Shown here: positions 13,056 through 24,665 of the stretch, in pieces | Layout of the letters: each line of letters starts with the position of its first letter | Numbering within the stretch: the stretch's first letter is position 1 | Source of the DNA: Ginglymostoma cirratum | Taxonomy: Eukaryota | Length of the DNA: 64,000 nucleotides | Assembly: GCA_024137785.1 (NCBI GenBank) | Contig: JAHRHZ010000077.1 | Coordinates: 24,592,006-24,656,005 of the forward strand | Direction of reading: 5' to 3' | The notes under the pieces: model-generated | What the model saw: the letters and a program-made list of their open reading frames with translations, nothing else | What the model was told of the DNA's origin: nothing | Databases searched by the model: none | Position numbers and translations under genes: made by a program

Positions 13056-15080
13056 CTCATAGACTCATAGATGTTTACAGCATAGAATGAGGCCATTCAG
13101 CCAATTGTGGCCACGCCAATGAGCAAAGATCTGACTATGCTAATCCAATTTTCCAGCTCTTGGCCCATTGCCTTGGACATTTTGACGATGCCAGCGAATA
13201 TCTAAATACTGCTTAAATGTTATGAGAGTTTCTCACTCGACCACCTTTTCAGGCACTGAGTTCCAGACTCTGCTATCTTCTAGGTTTAAACATAATTCTG
13301 CTCAGCTCTCCTCTCAGCCTTTTATCTCTTACCTCAAATCTATGTCCTTTCGTCATTGATGCCTCTTCTAATGAAAACATGTCCGCCTTACCTTAGCCCC
13401 GCATAATCTTATACATCTCCATAAGATTGCCTCTCAGCCCTCACTGCTCTAAACAATGCAGCTCCAGCCTAATCAATCTTTCCTCAATTCAGACTCTCCA
13501 GCCCAGGCAGCATCCTGTAAAATCTTCTGTGCACTCAGTCAGAATCTGTCACATCCTTTCTAAAATGTAGTGACCAGACTGCACAGCATATTCCACTTGT
13601 GGTCTACCCAGCATTTCATACAGTTCCAACGTAGCCTTGGTGCTCTTGTAATCTATGCTAATGAAGACAAGTATCCCAGATGCCTTCTTAATCCTATTAT
13701 CTACCTGTCCTGCTACCTTCAGGGGTCTGTGTATATGCACACCAAGGCCTCTGTCATTGTCAGTCCTTTCCAGGGCCCGATCATTCACTGTGTAATCCCT
13801 TGCCCCAATACCCATCCCCAAGTGCATTAAGTCACATTTCTCTAGGTTGACTTCCATTTTCCACTGCTCTGCCTACTTGATCAATCCGTTTATATCTTTC
13901 AGCAGTTTATGGCTAACCTCCCCTCTCCTAATGTTCATGCTATCTGCAAACTTTGTGATCATCCCTCTATGTGGTCATAGCTATGTTATCATGCTCTTAC
14001 GTGTTTAACTGTGCCTTCAGCTCATTTGTCTAATTTGTTATGCTCACATTAAAATATATCCCACTTCACTTTGCTGAACTCATTGCTTCCTTATCTAGCA
14101 TATGTTTCCTCTGCTTTCCAAAGTTTTAACTTCTAATTCCTTGTAGTTTCTCTCCCCTCTGAACTACTTATCAGCATCCCATCCCCCTTGTCAATCTAGT
14201 TAAAATCACCCATACAGCATGAGCAAACCTCCCCTCAAGGATGTTGTAGCTGTTTCAGTTCAAATCCAACTTGTACAGATCACACCACCCCTAGAAATGA
14301 TCCCAATGCCTCAGGAGCCTGAAACCTTCCCTCCTGCGCCATCTCTCCATTCATCTGCTCAGTCCTTCTATTCGGATACTCACTGCTGTGCGACACTGGA
14401 GTAATCTAGAAACTACTACTTCAAAGGCCTGCATTTCAATTCCGTACCAAACTTTTAAAAATCTATTTGCAGGATACCATTTCTCCTTCGTCCCAATGTA
14501 GACCATGACCTTTGGCTGTTCGCCTTCCCCATTCAGAATGTTTCTCCGCCAGACAGTAACATCCTTCACCTTGGCACCGAGGAGGCAACATACCATCCTG
14601 GTGTCACATCTGTGGCCTCTGACCAATGAATTCCGTACCATTATTGCCCTTCCACACTTCTTCCTGCTCCCCCCACCCACCACCTCAAGCAGCTGGACCA
14701 ACCACAGTGCCATGGCCTTGGTTCTGGCTCACCTCCACAGAGCTCTCACTGTTTCCCAAGACTGAAAAAACACTTTTCACTTGAGATGCACTAGGGAGAC
14801 TCCCCCACTATCTGCCTGGTTCCCTTCATTTGTCTGGCGGTCACGCATTCCCTCAGTGCCTGCAATTCCTTATGATGTAGGGTGACCGTGTCCAGAAAAG
14901 TGCTATCTCCGAACCTCTCAGCCTCATGAATGTACTGCACAGCTCCAAGCTGCTGCTGAAACTCCAAAGCCCAGAGATTTAGTTGCTCAAGCCGGAGGCA
15001 GCTCCTTCACACAGAGTTATCCAGACTACCGGCAGTTTCCCACATCGGGCAGGATATACTAATCATGGGCCTGAGATCAC
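13056..15080 (-). mobile_element. Degraded, internally deleted CR1-type LINE (ORF1 esterase remnant + RT C-terminus + 3' UTR)
   Basis: ORF 14351-14713 (MVCCLLGAKVKDV...GEGEQPKVMVYIGT, CR1 ORF1 esterase-like) and ORF 13549-13857 (NLEKCDLMHLG...RPQVEYAVQ). Confidence 0.85.
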
Positions 15081-16344
15081 CAGCGTACCTCAACAAAACC
15101 GAATAGTGACCTTTGCTTTTCGTTTACTGTTAGTCCTTCTTATGATACACTAGAAAAATTCTCACATCAGGCAAACAATCAAAACTCCTAAATTCTATCA
15201 AGTGAAAAGGTTTATTTTTGAAGTTCTAAGGTATTAATTATGCAATGTTTTAAGCTTTATTTATATTCTTAACTTAAATAAATATTTAGTTAGAAGCGAC
15301 AACAGAGAAATAGCCACAAATTGTCTATCTGTGCTGCTGTGACTTCATACTTTGATTTTGTTGAAACTGTTCCACTGCTGGTCAGTCTGCTTCTGGCACC
15401 TCTCCACTATCACAGCTTCTTTTAACCTCACTGGCACTGCACCTGGATCCCACACAGCTCCAGCACTTTGTTTGCTTGTCTGTCAGAAGCTCACCACACA
15501 GGTAGCCCCTTTCTCTGTAGGACTGCAAGAACCAATTCCAGTCACCTGCAGTGAACCTGACATTCCTCTCACATCGTTGTGCAGAGCTGCGCAGACCTGA
15601 CTGGCAAACCCAATTCAGTTGCTTCACACTTCTTAAAATGTGGGCTCGGGTGAGTGAGTGGGGAGGGGACTTTTGAAAACCTTGGGGTGCAGAGATGACA
15701 CTAGTTCTAGTTTGGTATATTGTTGATTCACAGGGCAAAAACTTCATATCAGTCATGAAGAAAATCAGTGTCAAACTCCAGAAATCCCAGTCAAGCCAGA
15801 ATCAGTTGAGTTTAGACTAAATGTTTGGAGTAAATCTGCACTACAAGAATAAATAGAAGATCACTAGGGCTAGTCTTTTGCATGGTGGGCAGGGTTATGT
15901 AAATAAGTAACACATGGTTTTGATGGAAGAGTTGAGAATAACCAAGGAAATTGGTGTAATTCTTATCTAAATCATTTATGCCTAAATTAACTTGCAAGAA
16001 ACAAAATGCTGTCAATATTCTGATGGGCTGTGAGAAGACTCATGTGGAATATAAATACCAGCATGGACCCATTGGACTGAAAGGCCTGTTTCTGCGTGAT
16101 AGATGTGTGAAAATACTGGCACTGTGTTACACTTGCACTATAGTTGTACTGAATCTTCCAGGAAATTCAGGCCAATAAATCAGAAAAGATCACTCTCTAT
16201 TTTTAGAAATTCTTATCGGAATTACTGGTTTTGATATTTTCCTTGCACTGTTAATTATCTTTTTATACATTTAACAGTTTATCAACCAGTGGGAATATGA
16301 TGTCCTGTTTATTGTCAATGATTCTGTTTGTTTTTTACTCACAG

Positions 16345-16444
16345 AACAAAGAAGTAAGATGTACAAGAGAAAAGTGTCCTCCACTGCCAAAAGACTGCGC
16401 TCTTGTTGTCAAACAGCGAGGAGGTTGTTGTGAAAAATGCAAAG
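16345..16444 (+). CDS. BMPER: BMPER/crossveinless-2 internal exon (VWC1; equivalent to human coding exon 3), [33 protein letters not shown]
   Basis: Polypyrimidine tract + cag acceptor, GT donor, 100 nt, phase 0->1. Translation matches recalled human BMPER [33 protein letters not shown]. Confidence 0.93.
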
Positions 16445-17529
16445 GTGCTTTAACATTCCCTCCTTTTCAACATTTGACTGGTGTTTATGATTGTGTGCAG
16501 GCACGTTATTCTGTGTAGTTCTGACTCTCTCTATCGGAAGGTTTGAATTGACACAGCTGACAACATGCTGCAGAAATGGGTTTTTTTCTTCAAGAACTTT
16601 CAATGTTTTATTGAGTTTCCCCCACCTTACACAGTATTTACAGCGTTAGTCAGCCTGGGCTGATCACCACCCTCAGTTAACCTCCCTAGGTCACTGACCA
16701 TTATCAGGACTAAAATTTATTCTCTTGCTTCTTCCTGCTCTCCTCAATTCTTAAGGATACAATCTTTGCCTTGAGCCCAGAACTTCCTGGTAACTTGTCC
16801 CAATGGGCAGTCAGTCTCTGTGAATTCCTGCTGAGTACCAGCACGGAAGATAAAAAAAACAAGCACTAATGACTCTGCCATGCACAGACACACATGGACA
16901 AATGGACTCTCATACACTTGTGTAGAAACACACTCTCCTATGTACACATATCCCAACAGGATAGCAAAATGTGAAATCCCTGAATGATTCATCCCTGAAA
17001 CCAGAGTTACAGAAGTTACTTGCGATGCCCAGCTGTGGTGCCTGCACTTGGAACAGGCCATGTAGGGATTATGACAGAACCTTTCTGGACTTAATGCTAA
17101 CACTCTGTTGGGGGCTTTAGCTGGGGATACTTTGAGTTACACTGATTTTTTAAAATTGTCCTCCCGTTACTGCCTTCTCCTTCAGTTGGGAGGACTCCAC
17201 CGGCAGGGCTGTGAATTTGTCGCTGCTTTCAGACTGAGCCTGAGGCAAAATCTGCCCGTTGTGCCTTGGTGTTAAATTTTGCAGTTATGTAGGCATTTCC
17301 AGATAGAGTGCTACCCTTTCACTCACTGGGCCAAATATCTTATACAGTTGTTGGAAGCCAGATTCCTAACAAATATTTATGGCAACACAGAACTGCCATG
17401 GATTAGGTATCTTGTCACTTTCTGTTTATGTTTCAAATTGTCAGACCAAACTTCTTCATACAGTCATGATTCACTAAGACAAAAGATATTATGTGATATA
17501 TTTTGTGTTTGCATCATTGATTCCGTGCT

Positions 17530-17803
17530 GTGCAGATAGAGGCCATTCAGCCCATTGGGTCTGCTGCAACCCTTCAAAGAGCATCTCAACCAGAACCACC
17601 AGTCCCTGTAACCCTGTATTTCTAATGGCTAATCCACTTAGTGCGCACATCCCTGGACACTACAGTGCAATTTAGCATGGCCAATCCACCTAACCTACAC
17701 ATCTTTGGACTGTGGGAGGAAACGAGGGGACCATGCAAACTGCACACAGTCAATCAAACCTGTGCCCCTGGCATTGCTAACCACTAAGCCACTGTGCCAC
17801 CCT
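17530..17803 (-). mobile_element. HE1-type V-SINE, degraded
   Basis: Reverse complement of gggtggcacagtggcttagtggttagc...cccacagtccaaagatgtg...gctaaattg; same family as 49485-49779. Confidence 0.8.
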
Positions 17804-17954
17804 ATCAGAGGATTCTATAAGAACAAATACCTCCCTTATTTCCTGAATTGACTTCAAATCCCGTTGTGAACCACAACTGCCTCTTCCATCATTGTTCACT
17901 TCTTAGCATTCAGAATATAGAGTTAAAATTCAGAAATTATCAGGGAAATGAAAA

Positions 17955-18715
17955 CCTTAAAATCATATAACACAGAGGGAGGCCATTTAGCCATTTCCCA
18001 GGTCTTTGATAGAGCTCTGCACTTAGTTTTACACTCCTACTCTTTCCCATCACACATTTATTTAAATCCTTTTTGAAAACGCTGACTGAATTTACTTTCA
18101 TGTTCAGTTCAGCCAAAGCATTCCAGTTCACCACCACCATGAAAACAATTCTCCTCATGTTCCATTTGTTTCTTTTGCTAATTTTCTTAAATCTGTGTCC
18201 TCTGGTTACTGATCTTCCTGCCAGTAGAAACGTTTTCTCCTGATTAACTTTATCAAAATCCTCCATGATTTTAAATTTCCCCTTAACTTTCTCTGTTCTA
18301 AGAACAACCTCAGCTGCTACATTGTCTCCATGACACAAAAGTATGTGGAAAGGCAAGTCACAAGAGGAATATAAACAGTTTACAGGGAGATATTGATCGG
18401 TTGAGTTAGCAGGCAAAAAGTTGGAAAATAGAGTACAATGTGGGAAATGTACAGCTTCTCATTTTGGAAGGGAGAAGAAAAGAATGTAGTATTATTTAAT
18501 GGAGAAAAACAGCAAAAGCTGCAACACGAAAGGAATTGGGGCTGTACAGGGAAAGCTAGCACACAGGTCCAGCAGGTAATCAGGAAGGCTAATGCAATGT
18601 GGACCCTTACTTCAAGGGGGTTAGTGTGTTCCTGCAGCTGTACAAGGTGCTGGTGAGACAACATCTGGAGCACTGTGACCACTTTCGCTCCCCTTATTTA
18701 AGAAAATATTTTATT
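17955..18715. mobile_element. Two CR1-type fragments in opposite orientation (3' end on - at ~17955-18320; RT piece on + at ~18330-18715)
   Basis: SVTRGHRFKK...VVNWNAL on -, and QVQQVIRKANAM...LYKVLVRQHLEHC on +. Confidence 0.75.
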
Positions 18716-18769
18716 GGAGTTATTAGGAATGTAAATGTTGTATAGTCAGTTGGGTAGACACAATTCTTT

Positions 18770-20442
18770 AAAAACCAAAAGAACTGCGGATGCTGTAAAT
18801 CAGGAACAAAAACAAAGTTGCTGGAAGAGCTCAGCAGGTCTGGCAGCATCTGTGAAGGAGAAAACAGAGTTAACGTTTCGGGTCTGGTGACCCTTCCTCA
18901 GAACTGATGGTGGCTGGGAAAATGTCAGTTTATATGCAGAAAATAGGGAGGTGGGTGGGGTAGGAAGTAAACAATAGGATAGACCCCAAGAGAGGGAAAG
19001 ACAGTTGGACAGACAAAGGAGTTGCTAACGATCAGGCTGGGAGAGTGAGTAGTTGTTAATGGGGACTGTTAGTGACTAACAACAGGGGGTGTGTAATGGC
19101 AGGCTATAACAAAGCCTGGTGTGTGGGGTGGGGGGCTGGGACATGGGAGAGTTTAGGCCCTAAAATTATTGAATTCAATATTGAGTCCGGAGGGCTGTAG
19201 GGTCCCCAAGCGGAAAATGAAGTGTTGTTCCTCCAGCTTGCGCTGGGCTTCACTGGAACATTGTAGCAAGCTGGACAAAGAGATGTTGGCCAGGGAGCAG
19301 GGTGGTGCATTGAAGTGGTAGGCAACAGATAGTTCAGGGTCTTTTTTGCGAGCAAAACGTAGATGTCCTGCGAAACAATCGCTGAGTCTACGCTTCATTT
19401 CCCCAATGTAGAGGAGACCACACTGTGAGCACCAAATGCAGTAGACTAGATTCTTGGAAGTGCAGGTGAAGTGTTCCTTCACCTGGAAGGTATGTTTGGG
19501 CCCTTGGGTACTGGGGAGGGAGGAGGTAAATAGGCAGGTGTCGCACCTTCGCCGGTTACAGAGGAAGGTGCCATATGGCTGTGGGGAGGTGTTGGGGGTG
19601 AAGGAAGTGTGGACCAGGGCATCCCGGAGGGAACAGCCCCTGTGGGAGGCAGACAAAGAAGGGGAGGTGAATATGTGTCTGGTGGTGGCATCTGGCTGGA
19701 GGTGGCAGAAATGGCATCTGGATGTGGATGCTGGTGGGATGGTAGGTGAGGATAAGGGGAACCCGATCGCTGTTGCGGGAGGAAAGAGAAAGGGTGAGGG
19801 CAGAAGTGCGGGAGATGGGTCGGACCCGATTGAGGGCCCTGTCAACAACAGAGCTGGGGAATCCTCGGTTGAGGAAGAATGTGGACATTTCGGAGGCTCC
19901 CTTGTCAAAGTTGGCCTCATCTGAACATATGTGATGGAGACAGAGGAACTGAGAGAATGGGATGGAGTCTTTACAGGAAGTGGGGTGTGAGGATGTATAC
20001 TCCAGGTAGCTGTGGGAGTCAGTGGGTTTGTAATGGATATTAGTGGCCAGTCTATCCCCAGAAATGGAAACAGAAATGTCGAGGAAGGGAAGGGAGGAGT
20101 CAGAGATAGACCAGGTGAAAGTGAGGGCAGGGTGGAAATTGGAGGCAAAATTGTTGAAGTTTTCCAATTCTAGACGAGAGAAGGAAGCAGCACCGATGAT
20201 ATCATCGATGTATCAGAGAAAGAGTTGTGGGTAGGGACCGGAATAGGACTGGAACAAGGAATGTTCCACATATCCCACAAAGAGACAGGCATAACTAGGG
20301 CCCATGTGGGCACCCACGGCAACCCCTCTTACCTGAAGAAAATCGGAGGAGTTGAAACAGAAGTTGTTGAGGGTGAGGACAAGCTCGGCCAAGCGGAGGA
20401 GGGTGGTGGTGGGTGGGGATGGTTCAGGTCTTTGCTTCAGGA
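18770..20442 (-). mobile_element. Penelope-like retroelement (family B, Neptune-like), 5'-truncated: RT core + thumb + Cys linker + GIY-YIG + pLTR, with 14-bp TSD
   Basis: QVRGVAVGAHMGPSYA, FL*YIDDII (CGA>TGA), LPFLDISV, YKPTDSHSYL, CNRRRCDTC, VYCIWCSQCGLLYIGE. TSD AGACACAATTCTTT at 18756-18769 and 20443-20456. One stop and one frameshift. Confidence 0.95.
18868..18905 (-). ncRNA. Minimal type-I hammerhead ribozyme motif, family B pLTR
   Basis: AGUU-CUGAGGA-A-GGGUC(ACCA)GACCC-GAAAC-GUU-AACU; stems I and II are fully Watson-Crick. Confidence 0.75.
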
Positions 20443-20456
20443 AGACACAATTCTTT

Positions 20457-22195
20457 GCAGCCTAGACAGTGAGCCCAGAAGAAGTTTCTTGCCATTACCA
20501 GTGCTTGAGACATTTGGTCAGGACTGGAGAGGAATTTGCAATGGGAGAAGTAGGATCCATTTGTCGTGGTCCATGTGATAACATAGATAGCAAATAGCTT
20601 CTGCAAAGGGAGTATGATAAAAAGCAAAAATTTTTGACCTGCTGTGTTCATCCAGCCCCATGCTTGTTATCTCGGATTCTCCAGCATCTGCAGTACCTTT
20701 TATATCTTCGATTCATGGGACACTGGTTTCAGTTCATGGGCACTAGTTTGGGTAAAATTAGATCTGTCCCAATAGGATGAGCTCCATCTGAACCAGGCTG
20801 AGACCAGTGTTCTGATGAGTCATTTAACAAGGGAAGTAGAGAGGTCTTTAAACTGAATAGTGGGGTGGAGGGGGTATGTATGAAGAGATGTAGTAAGTCA
20901 GTGGAAAGCAACAGGCAATGAATAAGAGTAATGATAATGAGATCATAGTAGATTGGGACAGACTGTACAAACGTAAAAATGTACTGGCAGATAAGGCCAT
21001 ACAATAAGAGGGCATATAATAAAAAGGCAGTGTCGAAGATTCTGTATCTGAATGCAGCATTTGTAACAAAATGTATTAACAGGTGTCACCTACAACAACA
21101 GATGTACGTGACTTAATAGCCATTACAGAGACATGATTCTAAGGTGTCTATGGCTGGGACCTAAATATTGAAACATATTTAATTATTAAAATGCCAGGAA
21201 GCTAGGAAAAGGTGCTGGCTAGCTACATTCATTTAAGATATGGTATCAGATTGATAAGAAATAAGAAATAGGAATGCTAATAGGAGGTCACTTGTGAGAT
21301 TACCACCTCTTCCCACCCTTCCCCAAACTGTATTATATTGTGGGGCAAAGTTACAGGAAGAAATAAGTGGGTCATATGAGAAAGATGTCACAATGATTGT
21401 GGGTAACTTTAATCTACATGTAGATTGAGCAGAGGTAACATAGCAGTGTATCTAGAACACTTCTTTGAGCAGTACATTCCAGAGCCAGTTAGGGAGCAGG
21501 CTATCCTAGATCTGATAGTGAACAATGTGACAGGTGAAAGTGATCATTATATGGTAAAATTTCATGTTCAATTTCAAGGGAAGAAGTTTGTTCTAAGACC
21601 GGTGTTTTAAACCTACATAATGATATGAAGGCAGAGCTGGCTAAAGAGTACCGGGAAATTAGGTTAAAAGGTGGGATAGCAGAGGCACAACAACAGATTT
21701 TTAAAGAAATATTTAACAACAAGGGTATATCATAGTGACAAAGAAACTACCTTTGAGAAAGATGCATCGTCCATGGCTAAATTCAACAGTTTAGGATTGT
21801 GTTTCTATAGGAAAACATAACTAAAGCTAGTGTTAATCCTCCAGAACATGAGTCTGGAAAACTGATGATGGTGTCCCAGGAAATGATGGAGATGTTGAAG
21901 ATTGTGTCTGTCTTCATTGTAGAAAATTTAGAAAACTTTCTGAAGACATTTGAAAATCACAATGTGAAAGGGAAGGAGGAACTTAAAACAGTCACAAAAC
22001 AAGTGTTTATACATAATAAGGAGTAACATTAGCATGGATAAAGGGTTGGTTAGCTAACAGGAAACACAACTTCTGACTGGTGGAGTTCCATTTGGATCAG
22101 TGTTAGGGCCTCAACTATTTACAGGCTGTGTCAATGACTTTCATGAAGGACCTAAAAGTATGGTAGCTAAATAAGCTGATTACACCAAGATAGAA
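20457..22195 (+). mobile_element. Old CR1-type LINE (ORF1 esterase remnant, APE and RT remnants), host of nested insertions; continues at ~23525-24660
   Basis: DTILCSLDSEPRR (ORF1), LIAITET, IVGNFNL, EQYIPEPVREQAILDLI (APE), GSVLGPQLF and ADYTK (RT) remnants. Confidence 0.75.
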
Positions 22196-22244
22196 TCATT
22201 GAATCAGACAGTATAGAAGGGGCCCTTCAGCCTATCATGGTAGC

Positions 22245-23215
22245 CTGGTTAGCAAGGTTGGGTCATATGGAACCCAGAGGGAGCTAACCAATTGGATACA
22301 AAATTGGCTTGAAGGCAGGAGACATAGGGTTGCTTTTCAGACTGGAAACCTGTGACCACAAGGATCTGGGCTGGATCCACTGCTTTTTGTCATTTATATA
22401 AATGATTTGGATGTGAACGTAGGAGGTGTGGTTAGTAAGTTTGCAGATGACATCAAAATTGGAGGTGTAGTGGACAGTGAAGAAGGTTACCTCAGAGTAC
22501 AATGGGACCTTGATAGATGGGCCAATGGACTGAGAAGGGGCAGATGGAGTTTAATTTAGATAAATTAGTGGTGTTTCATTTTCGTAAGGCAAATCAGGGC
22601 AGGAATTATACACTTAATGGTAGGGCCCTGGAACAGGGGTACAGGTACATAGTTCCTTGAAAGTGGACTTGCTGGTAGATAGGGTGGTGAAGAAGGTGTT
22701 TGGGATGCTTGCTTTCATTGGTCAGAACATTGAACATAGGATTTGGGACATTATGATGCAGCTGTACAGGACATTGGTTAGGCCACTTTTAGAATATATA
22801 TTCAATTCTGGTCTTCCCGCTATAGGAAAGATGTTGTTAAACTTAAAAGGGCTCAGAAAAGATTTACAAGAATATTGCCTGGATTAGAGGGTTTGAGCTT
22901 TAAGGAGAAGCTGAATAGGCTGGGGTTATTTTCCCCTGATTGTTGGAGACTGAGGGGTGACCATATAGAGAGGACCTGAAGAGTATCTTTTTCACACAGA
23001 GGGTGGTGCCTGTAGGGAATGAGCTGCCAGAGGAGATGGTGGATTCTGGCACAATTACAACATTTAAAAGGCATCTGGTTGGGTATATGAATAGGAAGGG
23101 TTAGGAAGGACATGGGCCAAATGCTGGCAAATGGGATTAGATCAGTTTAGGATGTTTGGTCGGCCAAATTTGGACCAAAGAGTCTGTTTCTGTGCTGTAT
23201 GACTCTGTGAGTCTA
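22245..23215 (+). mobile_element. CR1/HER1-type LINE 3' part
   Basis: FVIYINDLD...SKFADDIKIGG, LYRTLVRPLLEY, FFTQRVV, 3' UTR ending ctgtatgactctgtgagtct. Confidence 0.85.
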
Positions 23216-23249
23216 TCAAGTCTATGCTGCCAAAAATACAGTACAGTCT

Positions 23250-23525
23250 ACGCTAGTCATTCTTCCCTGCAGTAGGCCCATTGCTTTGAATATTCTGACA
23301 CTTTAAGTGCTTACCCAAGTACGTTTTAAAGGTTGTGTGGTTTCCCACCTCACCTACCCCGGGCAGTGCCTTCCAAACCCCCACCAACCTCTGGGTGAAA
23401 AAGGTATTCCTCAAATCCCCTCGAAGCATCCTGCCTTTCAGTTTAAAATTAATCCCCCTTGTTATCGACCCTTCGACTAAGGGGAACAGCTGCTTTCTAT
23501 TCACCCTGTCCATGACCCTCATAAT
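23250..23525 (-). mobile_element. CR1-type LINE 3' fragment
   Basis: ORF 23253-23522: MDRVNRKQLFPLVEGSITRG...FFTQRLVGVWKALP. Confidence 0.85.
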
Positions 23526-24665
23526 AGGCTATGAAAATAAGTTGTCAAGAGGAGGTAGAGAGTTTGCAGAGAGATATAGCTGGATTAAATGAGTGGGGAA
23601 CCATTGGCAGATGGAATGTACTGTGGGAAAATGTGAACTTGTCCACTTTGACAAGAACAGAACAACAGGATGCTGTTTAAACTGAGAGAGATTCCATACT
23701 TTAGAAGCACAGAAGCATTTCTGAAGAAGGGTCTAGGCCCAAAACATCAGCTTTCCTGCTCCTCTGATGCTGCTTGGCCTGCTGTGTTCATCCAGCTCCA
23801 CACCTTGTTAGCTCAGGATCTGGGTGTGCTTGTCTATGAGTCACACAAAGTTAGTTTGCAGGTACAGCAATTATAAGGGAAAATGGAATGTTGCCAGTTA
23901 ATGCAAAGGGATTGGAATATAAAAGTAGGGATGTTTGCTTTGGTTGTAAAGGGTCTTGTTGAGATCACATCATATGTTCGTTTTTGGCCTTCTGATTTGG
24001 AAAAGGATGTAATCACAAAGCAATTTAGAGAACAGATAAAAATGTATTCCTCTGACAAAGAAACATTGAGTATGTTGGGCCTTTACATGCTAGAGTTCAG
24101 TAAAATGAGAGGTGATCTTAGTGAGATGTAAGGTCCTAAGAGGACTTGACAGGGTAGATTCTGACAGCTTCTTGTAGGAGACACTAGAATTAAGTTTAAG
24201 AATAAGATGTCTAGCTTTTAAGATGAGGAGAAATGTTTCCTGTTCGATGTTTGTCTTTGGAATTTTCTTCCCCAGAAAGCAGAACTCTGGGTTATTGAAT
24301 TTATTCAAGGTGAGCGAAATAGATTTTTGGTAAGGGATTACTGGGCAAACAGACATGACTAGCCAGGAACAAAAACAGAAGTTGCTGGAAAAGCTCAGCG
24401 GGACTGGCAGCATCAGTGAAGGAAAAGACAGAGTTAACGTTTTGGTTCCGGTGACCCTTCTGAGGAAACGTTAACTCTGTTTCTTCCTTCACAGATGCTG
24501 CCAGACCTGCTGAGCTTTTCCAGCAACTTTATTTTTTTCTCCTGATTTACGGCATCTGTAGTTCTTTCAGTTTTTATTAAGACCAGCCATGATCTTATTG
24601 AATGGTGGAGCAGGCTTAAAAGGCTGATTGGCCTCATTCAGCTCCTCAGTCCTAAATTCTGTGTT
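23525..24665 (+). mobile_element. Continuation of the old CR1-type LINE, interrupted by PLE pLTR pieces at ~23716-23815 and ~24364-24580
   Basis: WQMECTVGKCELVHF, DLGVLVYESHKV, MRGDL, 3' UTR agccatgatcttattgaatggtggagcaggc. Confidence 0.75.
24364..24580. mobile_element. Inverted pair of family-B pLTR fragments
   Basis: 24364-~24460 (-) and ~24465-24580 (+) are imperfect reverse complements around ...gacccttc tgaggaaacgttaac. Confidence 0.85.

Noticed and set aside
1-16344. BMPER first exons (signal peptide; SVAKCENEGEV...)
   Set aside because: No matching exon found by eye; presumably upstream of the window.
19153-20167. Intact, active retroelement ORF
   Set aside because: 5'-truncated, with a TGA just before YIDD and a frameshift between the thumb and the linker.
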